Assembly (NCBI GenBank): GCA_011364975.1
Contig: RDOE01000048.1
Location: forward strand, 1-25,402
Length of the DNA stretch: 25,402 nucleotides
Source: Promethearchaeota archaeon
GTDB lineage: Archaea > Asgardarchaeota > Lokiarchaeia > Sigyniarchaeales > SOKP01
Reading direction: 5' to 3'
The notes below the pieces were generated by a model. It worked only from the letters and a program-made list of their open reading frames with translations, had not been told where the DNA came from and did no database searches. The position numbers and the translations under genes were made by a program. Below are positions 17,875-25,402 of this stretch, piece by piece (the stretch's first letter is position 1; every line of letters starts with the position of its first letter).

Positions 17875-19023
17875 ATGACAGAAAAACTTTATTGGAATGA
17901 CTGTTATCAAACTCAATTTGATGCAAAAGTTTTGGAAATAAACAATCAAGGAATTTTCCTTGATAAGACCTTATTCTACCCGGAAGGTGGAAACCAAGTT
18001 AGTGATAGGGGTGTTATTAAGAAAAAAAATTATCAGTTTGAAGTTAAATATGTATCTAAAAAGGATAATCTCATATTACATCATCTATCTGGCAAATTTA
18101 AAGAGCGTATCAATAAGGGAGATATAATAGAAGGTATTATAGATTGGGAATATAGATATGGCGTTATGCGTGCTCATTCTTCACAACATCTTCTATCTGC
18201 GATCTTTAAAAATTCGTTAAATATTGATACTACAAGAGCTAATATCTCTTTTGAGGATGTCTCTCTTCATATCTCTAAAAGTGTAAATATGGGTGAATTA
18301 GAAAAAGTTTTACAAGAATTTATGAAAGCTAGCACCATCGAAAATCTAGTATTAACTAGTAAGATAATTTCTCAAAAAGAAGCAGAAAATTTGGATGAAG
18401 AAATTAGAGGAGATCTTTCTAGTGAAGATAACCTAAGGATCATTGAAATTCAAAACTGTGATGTCAATTGCTGCGGCGGTACACATGTTAAAAACACTTC
18501 AGAAATTGGGCCTTGCTATTTTTATGAAATCAAGAAAGGAAGTGAATTTAAGTATTTAGTGGGAAATAAAGCTATTGAAATGCTTTCTAAACATAGTTTA
18601 GGAATTCTAGACGTAGCAACTTCCCTAAATCGTCCCATAGAAAACATATTTCCTATAGTTAAAGATCAGATTATAAGATTAAAAGAAGAAAATCTCAATT
18701 TTATAAATAAAATGCTAGAACTCATTTCAATTAATCCAACAATTACAAAGAGAATAAAGTTGGGTGTTTTAGACTTTGATATAGATTACAAAATATTATC
18801 AAAGAAATTTAAAGAATTTCCTCCCGATTACGTATTAGTTATAAAGAGAGATTCTAAAAGTATACTTATTCTATCTAATAGTGAAGAGTATAAAGCAAAT
18901 GATGCTATTGACTTATTAATAAAAAAATATGGGGGTAAGGGTGGAGGTAGCCCTAAATCCGCTCAAGTAGTTCTCACAAGTGAGCCGAAAGATTTAATAT
19001 TTGATATAGAAATTAATTTATAA
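17875..19023 (+). CDS. alaX: Alanyl-tRNA editing protein, long AlaX (AlaX-L-like) with C-terminal DHHA1-like domain
   Basis: TEKLYW, FYPEGGNQ.SDRG, HSSQH (HxxxH) and CGGTH zinc motifs; C-terminal GGKGGG. Confidence 0.88.
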   Translation: MTEKLYWNDCYQTQFDAKVLEINNQGIFLDKTLFYPEGGNQVSDRGVIKKKNYQFEVKYVSKKDNLILHHLSGKFKERINKGDIIEGIIDWEYRYGVMRAHSSQHLLSAIFKNSLNIDTTRANISFEDVSLHISKSVNMGELEKVLQEFMKASTIENLVLTSKIISQKEAENLDEEIRGDLSSEDNLRIIEIQNCDVNCCGGTHVKNTSEIGPCYFYEIKKGSEFKYLVGNKAIEMLSKHSLGILDVATSLNRPIENIFPIVKDQIIRLKEENLNFINKMLELISINPTITKRIKLGVLDFDIDYKILSKKFKEFPPDYVLVIKRDSKSILILSNSEEYKANDAIDLLIKKYGGKGGGSPKSAQVVLTSEPKDLIFDIEINL

Positions 19024-19036
19024 TGATTTATTAATT

Positions 19037-19858
19037 ATGGAATTCGTTATCGATGACCTGAGAATATATTATGAAGTATTTGGTAAAGGATTTCCGATTA
19101 TTATGATTCATGGGTTTGGTCCTGACCATCGTATATTAAAGGGTTGTATGGAACCTATTTTTAAATATAGGAAAGGATATATACGCGTGTATTTTGATTT
19201 ACCTGGTATGGGTAGAACGAAAAGTGTGAATTGGATACAAAATGCAGATGATATGTTGGAAATTATCTTAAAATTTATTCAAAAAATCATTCCAAATCAA
19301 AAGTTTTTAATTATTGGAGAGTCTTATGGTGCTTATTTAGCAAGAGGTCTAATTGAAAAGAGAATCGATGATATTTCTGGTTTGTGCTTTATTAGTCCAG
19401 TAATTATTCCAGATAAATCTATTAGAACATTACCAGAATTTCGTCCAATAATAAGCGATTCAACATTCTTATCCTCGCTTTCCGCTCAGGACATAAAAGA
19501 ATTCGAAGAAATGCATGTAATTCAAACAAAAAAGGTTTGGAAACGATATAAGGATGAAGTAGACTCTGGTCTTAAGTTAGCTGATGGGAAATTTTTAACT
19601 AAATTCTATGATAAAGGTTATTCATTCACGTTTGATCCCAAGTTAACTAATCAAAAATTTGATAAGCCCTCACTTTTTATAATGGGACGACAAGATAATG
19701 TCGTCGGATATCACGATGCTTATCAAATTTTGGAAAAATTTCCTCGCACTTCATTTGTAATATTAGACAAAGCAGCTCATGATGTACAAATCGAGCAGGA
19801 AGCTATTCTTAACACTGCAATAAATGAATGGGTTGATCGAGTTGAAGATTCAATTTAG
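19037..19858 (+). CDS. Alpha/beta-fold hydrolase
   Basis: HGF oxyanion motif, DLPGMG, GESYG nucleophile elbow, GRQD acid, AAH histidine; 13 nt after alaX. Confidence 0.93.
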   Translation: MEFVIDDLRIYYEVFGKGFPIIMIHGFGPDHRILKGCMEPIFKYRKGYIRVYFDLPGMGRTKSVNWIQNADDMLEIILKFIQKIIPNQKFLIIGESYGAYLARGLIEKRIDDISGLCFISPVIIPDKSIRTLPEFRPIISDSTFLSSLSAQDIKEFEEMHVIQTKKVWKRYKDEVDSGLKLADGKFLTKFYDKGYSFTFDPKLTNQKFDKPSLFIMGRQDNVVGYHDAYQILEKFPRTSFVILDKAAHDVQIEQEAILNTAINEWVDRVEDSI

Positions 19859-19929
19859 ATAATTCTCTTTAACTATAAAATCGGGTTTAGAATGATTTAA
19901 TAAAAATTTTGTATTCTATAATTTTATTG

Positions 19930-21885
19930 TCATTTAATTGATTTTATGCTTTCAAAAAGAGCCTTAAATGATGAAGCTTTACGATAAAAAACTGGAGGTA
20001 TCCCAATTGGAGCATCTACAACAATCCATCCCCCTTGATATTCAACTCCCGTCCAAAGGTGAATCCAGTTATCTTTTGGAAGATATACCTCCCATTTTTT
20101 ATGATCGGGTTTGATAACAGGTGCAATAAAAAGATCTCTGCCTAAAAGGTATTGAAATTTATTATTTTGTAATTCAGGATCATCTTCATAGTGCATGAAA
20201 CATCCTCTAATAGGAGATAAGCCTTTATTTTGATATTCATCTGATAAATGTTGAAGGTATGGTTTTAATTCTACATGAATTTTAACCATTTTTGCTAAAT
20301 GATGTAAGGTTTCATTATCACTATCAAATTGCCAATTTTCGGTAGGCCGATTTCCCTCATGAGTCCTCATAACCATAGAAAAAGTAGCATTTTCTGCGGA
20401 ACGCATAAATAATTCCTTAGTTCTTTTAAACTTACCATAAGTCGTAAAACAACCAATGTCAAATTGATAATACCCTATCCCACATAAACCGATATTTATC
20501 GCAGCAGGAATAACCGAGGGGAGGCCTAATTCTTCATCCCAATCAACTCTTTGATCCCCAGAAAATTGAATTATGGAATATTTTGAAGTACCCAAAAATC
20601 CCGATCGCGCAAAAAATATTAATTCCCCAAGTAAATTTGTTTCTTTTATCACTTCATAATTTAGTTTTGTCCACAATGTAGGAGAAATATTGTGAAATTG
20701 TTCTCCTGAAATACCTGAATAAGGAACAGAGTCAACAGGAACATATTCTCCATAGTCTACCATCCACCCGTCTAATCCGATACCAACCATATTTTTCTTC
20801 ATAATATCTTTTAACCATTCAACTGCGTTAGGATTTGAAAAATCTATTTGGGCGGCAGGAAAATCTGTCATCGTGGTATAGTAATCCTTTCCATCTTTGT
20901 CTTTTAAACAGTACCCCTTTTTTGTAGCTTCTTTATAGAGATTTCCCTCTATAGCGAGCATTGAATTTATATATCCTAAAAACCGTATCCCATGTGATTC
21001 TAATTTTTTAATATAATCTGGAAGGTTAGGATAAAGTTTGTCATCATATTTCCAATCCCAAAAAAGTTGTTTACCAAAAGAAGTGTATCGTATACCTTGC
21101 CAATCTTGGCACCATACTGCTGTGACTTTTAAATTATAGTCTAAAGCTTTTTGTATTTTTTCATCTATAATTTCTGGTCCGCCTTGAATTCCAAGCCATA
21201 TACCATCGAATACCCATTCTGGAAGTTTTGGTTGTAATCCAAGATACTTATTTAATTCTGAAATAGTTTTAAGTAGCGAGTCATACTTTCCAATTAATAT
21301 TTCAGATGGGATGTTCCAAAAATGTAGCTCATGATATAAGTCCGATTCAAAATTAAAAACAGAGTAAGAATTAATCTCAACATGGCAAAAATAATGATTG
21401 CTTGATATAAAATTTGGTTGTGGGAAATAAGTATGATCACCTCTTAATTCAGGAGAAGCATCTTGAACCCAGATTGGAATAATATTACCTTTAAGATTTA
21501 AAAGTCTAAATTGTTCTCCGCATCCATAAACGCTCTCATCTTTATATGAAACTATATTCATCCAAAATCGATTAATATCCTCATTCTCAGATTTCGGGGT
21601 TATAAGAAGTTTATCTTCTTTAACAAAAAATTCTACAACTAAATTATAATTATCTTCACTAAATTCAATAATTACCTGATTATCTGATTTATTAAGAATT
21701 TTGAATTTTTTCAAAAGAATTGTTTTTATGATATTATCTTTTATTGTAAAACTAGCATGGCTTTGTTTATATTTACCAATTCCTATTCCAATTTTAAAGC
21801 ATGGATTTTCAGGATTGTGAGAAAAAAATAGATTGTCCCTAAAGTAAATCTTAAATTTCTCATTATCTTGTTCGAATTTAATCAT
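19930..21885 (-). CDS. yihQ: GH31 alpha-glycosidase of the YihQ/sulfoquinovosidase subfamily
   Basis: YGCGEQF, LGIQGG, QDWQGIRYTSFGKQLFWDW, WMVDYGE (nucleophile Asp), GDQ.VDW (acid/base Asp) and MRTHEGNRP closely follow E. coli YihQ as recalled. Family is secure; substrate is less so. Confidence 0.85.
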   Translation of the reverse strand: MIKFEQDNEKFKIYFRDNLFFSHNPENPCFKIGIGIGKYKQSHASFTIKDNIIKTILLKKFKILNKSDNQVIIEFSEDNYNLVVEFFVKEDKLLITPKSENEDINRFWMNIVSYKDESVYGCGEQFRLLNLKGNIIPIWVQDASPELRGDHTYFPQPNFISSNHYFCHVEINSYSVFNFESDLYHELHFWNIPSEILIGKYDSLLKTISELNKYLGLQPKLPEWVFDGIWLGIQGGPEIIDEKIQKALDYNLKVTAVWCQDWQGIRYTSFGKQLFWDWKYDDKLYPNLPDYIKKLESHGIRFLGYINSMLAIEGNLYKEATKKGYCLKDKDGKDYYTTMTDFPAAQIDFSNPNAVEWLKDIMKKNMVGIGLDGWMVDYGEYVPVDSVPYSGISGEQFHNISPTLWTKLNYEVIKETNLLGELIFFARSGFLGTSKYSIIQFSGDQRVDWDEELGLPSVIPAAINIGLCGIGYYQFDIGCFTTYGKFKRTKELFMRSAENATFSMVMRTHEGNRPTENWQFDSDNETLHHLAKMVKIHVELKPYLQHLSDEYQNKGLSPIRGCFMHYEDDPELQNNKFQYLLGRDLFIAPVIKPDHKKWEVYLPKDNWIHLWTGVEYQGGWIVVDAPIGIPPVFYRKASSFKALFESIKSIK

Positions 21886-21960
21886 TTAACAATAAGGCGT
21901 TATATAATAAATATTATAATTCAAAATTTTACATTAAATTTATACCTAACAAATTTTTTT

Positions 21961-22059
21961 TTGAGAGATTAAAGCAACAGTACGATTGTTGAAGCTGTAG
22001 CAGATGGACACCGAATAGCTATGGAAATCGATAGAAAATTAAAAAAAGTAAATATTTGA
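21961..22059 (+). pseudogene. Remnant C-terminus of a GltD/NfnB-like FAD/NAD(P) oxidoreductase
   Basis: Translation LRD*SNSTIVEAVADGHRIAMEIDRKLKKVNI* resembles the terminal GD...T[VI]VEA[IV]AxGxxxAxxID motif of that family; the rest of the gene is absent. Confidence 0.6.
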
Positions 22060-22071
22060 CCTCAATAATTT

Positions 22072-23388
22072 TTAATTAACTATTTTCCATCCCTTTATCT
22101 TGGCAAAAATTTCTAGAGGTTTAATGAAGTCGCCATAAACCACAGATATGTGATGGGCGATTCCATTGTAAATTATTTTATCTAATACATTTTTTATGTT
22201 CTGATTAAATTTAACTTTAACATAAGTACCCTTCAATTCTTTACTCATTGGAATACCTTTTGCTTTCTGTAAAAATAATCTATATTCACCTGGAGCATAA
22301 TCTATTCTTAACATTGATATTTCTCCAGATTTCATGACAAAATCAGCAGTCACCCCTTTTCCGCCAGCAAAATATGTATCCAGTGATCTCTTACATAATC
22401 CATCCCATAAATTACACGCTGCAACTCCACAATGCCAGAGCAACCCATAATCCTCTTTAAGATCTACTTGGGAAAAATCTGCTAAAAATGGAGTTCCCCC
22501 TCCTATGACCTTATGAGCAAGCATAGATAGAGCCCCTAAAATATCTCCTTCACAAGTAAGAATTTTATACTCTGATTGCAAAATAGACATTGCCGCACAA
22601 GGAGAAATACCATATTCTGCAGCAAATTCAGGCCAGCAACGAATAGCTATCCCATCTAAATTATTAGAATTCATAAAGTCATTAAATTTAGCAGTTAGCG
22701 ACGCAACCTTTTCTAATTGTCCATTAGAAATACCAGAGACGTCAAAAATTGATTTTATCTGATTTATCCTTTCCTTAATACTTGCGTCACTTACTTTAAA
22801 ATTAAATATCTCACTTAACTCAAAATGATCTATAAGAACTCCAAGCTCTCGGTATAAATCTAATTCATCTATATCTAAATTAAAAAAACCTTTAGCACGA
22901 TAACCTATTATACCAATATGTTTTGTTGAAAATGCTTTTAAAATGCGAATAGCATCTAACCAATCAGTATCTATCTGATTTCCAATTATTGCATAAAAAT
23001 TTTTTACTCCTGCTTTATATAAATTACTAGAATTTAGATTAATTCCGCATACTGAATTTAATCTAATTTTACCCCCGTCATATGGAAGTTCTTCTAAGCC
23101 CCATAATAAAATGGGCTTTTTAATAATTTTATTTATCTCTAAAATTAAATGACCTAAGGCAAATGTACCGCTAATACAAACTAAGCCATCGATATCTTTC
23201 GATTGAAGAAATTTAGCTGCTTTTTGAGCGTCATGGATTTCGATCAACAGCTCAGAAACTATTTCCCACTCAACGCTTTCAATCTTTTCTAAATCAGATT
23301 GAATTTTTAAATAAATTTCTTTTGCAGCTTTGTAATCAAAAGTTGTCCTAGCTAAACATACAACCCCAATTGTTATTAGTTGCTTCAT
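22072..23388 (-). CDS. L-fucose/L-arabinose-isomerase-superfamily sugar isomerase, SqvD/SftI (sulfoquinovose isomerase)-like
   Basis: RCWPEF, CEGD, WHCG and AHH motifs of the fucose-isomerase-like fold. N-terminal RTTFD and GGKIRLNSVCG resemble RKTFD and GGRLRLNSLTG as I recall them from Bacillus SftI/SqvD. ORF track start is TTG 23400; ATG 23388 is likelier. Confidence 0.75.
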   Translation of the reverse strand: MKQLITIGVVCLARTTFDYKAAKEIYLKIQSDLEKIESVEWEIVSELLIEIHDAQKAAKFLQSKDIDGLVCISGTFALGHLILEINKIIKKPILLWGLEELPYDGGKIRLNSVCGINLNSSNLYKAGVKNFYAIIGNQIDTDWLDAIRILKAFSTKHIGIIGYRAKGFFNLDIDELDLYRELGVLIDHFELSEIFNFKVSDASIKERINQIKSIFDVSGISNGQLEKVASLTAKFNDFMNSNNLDGIAIRCWPEFAAEYGISPCAAMSILQSEYKILTCEGDILGALSMLAHKVIGGGTPFLADFSQVDLKEDYGLLWHCGVAACNLWDGLCKRSLDTYFAGGKGVTADFVMKSGEISMLRIDYAPGEYRLFLQKAKGIPMSKELKGTYVKVKFNQNIKNVLDKIIYNGIAHHISVVYGDFIKPLEIFAKIKGWKIVN

Positions 23389-23591
23389 AGTTTTTATCAA
23401 ATATCTTAATAATCAAGAAAATTATCTTTTTTTAATTAAAATATTTCATTGTATTATATATTTATATCTAATAATTATTAGTTATTTCAAATGGAGAGAT
23501 CTATGATAATCTCCTTTAAGATATTAGGTTACAATTCAATCATTCAACTTCTCTAAGGATAAAAATATAATTATAATTTAGATTTTAACGG

Positions 23592-23951
23592 TTATTGGTT
23601 AATGAAATCTTTAAATGATAATTTAGACCACTCTTGGATTATTAAAAATTTATTTCTCTCCGAGCTCCTTGGAGCCATTCCTGGGATTTCTTGTTTTTTA
23701 CTTTTAACAGGACCAATATCTTTCATATAATGTTTAGGACCTTCTTTAGCGTCTCTACTAAATAGTACACAGAAACCACGATCATCTCGGATCCAACCAT
23801 CTTTAAAGAATCCTAAATGCTTACCGTTATAATGATAGACAGAATTTCCATATATGTAAGCAACGGGTTCTCCACTAAACAGGAATATATTACAATTATC
23901 TTCAGTATAGGCTATGGGAGTTCCTCGTTTATTAAAGAAAGTTCTTGACAA
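23592..23951 (-). CDS. Small beta-hairpin-repeat protein resembling the 4-fold beta-flower family
   Basis: Four short repeats (FFNKRGTPIAY, IFLFSGEPVAY, VYHYNGKHLGF, IRDDRGFCVLF) followed by a P/K-rich tail ending WS; TTG start. Confidence 0.65.
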   Translation of the reverse strand: MSRTFFNKRGTPIAYTEDNCNIFLFSGEPVAYIYGNSVYHYNGKHLGFFKDGWIRDDRGFCVLFSRDAKEGPKHYMKDIGPVKSKKQEIPGMAPRSSERNKFLIIQEWSKLSFKDFINQ

Positions 23952-24215
23952 ATTATTTTAAACCAGATTTAATTATAATATAACTTCTTAAGATATTTAA
24001 TATAATAGGGGCATTTAAAAATTTTTTAATCGAAATGATCAATTCCGGTGAAATTATATCCTCATAATCGACGGTTTAGTAAAAAAAAACTCTTATTTTT
24101 ACGTGTTTAGCAAACATTTATATGACAATATTTTCTCATTATACCTTAAGCTATCTTTTTGATGGTTAATCTATAAAAAAATGGTATAATGAATATATTT
24201 TAATGGCGAAAAATT

Positions 24216-25402
24216 ATGCAAAAATTAAATAGAAAAGTAACTATTTTACTGATTTTCGTAAGTTTTATTACATCGAGCTTTTTAGTGGTGAATACGGTTG
24301 CTAATCCTGAAACTGAACCTGAAATGGTATCCTCTATACCTTTAGATACTCCTTTAGAAGACACTAATGATGTTTTGTCAGAGGGAGAAATATTACCCTC
24401 CTATAAGGATCCTGGTATCATTTGGGAGCCTATTGAGAAATCTATCAGCTTAACCAAAGAATCCAGTGAATCGGGAATGGATAATACATTAACTGCTGCT
24501 TTTGACCCACTAAGTGAAACAGAAAGCATTTTTGATAATTCATTAGAATTAGACCGAGAATTAGCTCTTGAAACCTCCTTTATTGAGGGATATGACGGTC
24601 TTTTTAACCTTGATGGTGAACCTGAAGCGGTTATTCCTCCTGATGGCAGAACAAGAATTACTCCAACAACAAGTTTTCCGTGGAATACTATATGTAAACT
24701 CTATATTACTGCTGCCGATAATTCTCATTGGGTAGGTTCCGGAGCTATTATTGATGGTTTTCATGTATTAACCGCTGGTCATTGTGCATTTTTGCACGAT
24801 AATGGTGGCTGGGCTAGTAGTATAGAAGTAGTTCCTGCTAAAGATACCGGTGTTGCTGATGAGGACCCTTATGGTCATGCTTATATGACCTATATGAGAT
24901 CCTATACTGGTTGGACTGTTAGTGAAATGGTTGAGCATGACTGGGCAGTAATAACCCTTGATCGAAATGTTGGAAGCTACACAGGATGGATGGGACGCAC
25001 CACTGCATCCTCATCAAGTTCTATTTATACTGATACTATGAATGTAGCTGGCTATCCTACTGATTTAGATGGTGGGGTAAATATGTATTATCATTATGCT
25101 GATGGTGATGGTGCTACTGAATATAATCATTACTACTGGGCTGATACGGCTGGTGGCCAGAGTGGTGGACCAGTTTGGAGAATAGTTTCTGGCAATCGTT
25201 ATATCATGACCGTTCATGCCTATGGTAGAGGCGGAACTGATTCCAATTATGGTACACGATTAAATAGTGATAAATATAACAGGATTTTTGATTGGTTAGG
25301 TGCTGATACCGCTCCTACTAATAGACCAGATATGAAAGATCGTGGTTCAGCTTATCATTGGCGTAATCTGAATACGGTAACCGCAGGTTCGACATCGTTT
25401 AC
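24216..25402 (+). CDS. Secreted trypsin-fold serine protease, glutamyl endopeptidase (V8/Mpr-like); partial, 3' end runs off the window
   Basis: Not in ORF track. ATG 24216; signal-like MQKLNRKVTILLIFVSF..., acidic propeptide, AVIPPDGR, FPWNTICKL, LTAGHC (His), HDWAV (Asp), GYP, DTAGGQSGGP (Ser), TVHAYG; frame open to the window end. Confidence 0.92.
   Translation, partial: MQKLNRKVTILLIFVSFITSSFLVVNTVANPETEPEMVSSIPLDTPLEDTNDVLSEGEILPSYKDPGIIWEPIEKSISLTKESSESGMDNTLTAAFDPLSETESIFDNSLELDRELALETSFIEGYDGLFNLDGEPEAVIPPDGRTRITPTTSFPWNTICKLYITAADNSHWVGSGAIIDGFHVLTAGHCAFLHDNGGWASSIEVVPAKDTGVADEDPYGHAYMTYMRSYTGWTVSEMVEHDWAVITLDRNVGSYTGWMGRTTASSSSSIYTDTMNVAGYPTDLDGGVNMYYHYADGDGATEYNHYYWADTAGGQSGGPVWRIVSGNRYIMTVHAYGRGGTDSNYGTRLNSDKYNRIFDWLGADTAPTNRPDMKDRGSAYHWRNLNTVTAGSTSF

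Noticed and set aside
23490-23520. Imperfect GGAGA...TCTCC hairpin upstream of the isomerase
   Set aside because: Weak stem with no family resemblance; not enough for a riboswitch or operator call.
24561-24764. 67-aa minus-strand ORF
   Set aside because: Antisense to the serine protease gene that the ORF track missed.
1-25402. CRISPR arrays, tRNA/rRNA genes, transposases or integrases
   Set aside because: No regularly spaced repeats, no GC-rich structured RNA-like stretch and no recombinase motifs found on manual reading.

Overview
AT-rich, gene-dense window, most likely from an Asgard archaeon (Lokiarchaeia-like). The basis is a clear Asgard-type profilin homolog, GGTGA/GGAGG ribosome-binding sites, TATA-like boxes and oligo-T terminators. 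It holds about 19 protein genes. Two are truncated at the window edges and absent from the ORF track: a cupin and a secreted glutamyl-endopeptidase-like protease. Main points: (1) a SqvD/SftI-like sugar isomerase directly upstream of a YihQ-type GH31 glycosidase, a candidate sulfoquinovose (sulfoglycolysis) entry module with an altered sulfonate pocket; (2) a double-length four-ATPase UvrA whose halves carry complementary accessory domains, translationally coupled to a QW-repeat alpha/alpha-barrel protein; (3) an unannotated in-frame pseudogene copy of that barrel gene about 1.07 kb downstream, suggesting in-situ gene replacement; (4) a divergent profilin at the head of a run of unknown membrane proteins; (5) small gene remnants and dyad motifs in intergenic DNA. 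I saw no rRNA, tRNA, CRISPR array or transposase. All family assignments come from motif recognition by eye and recalled reference sequences, not database searches.
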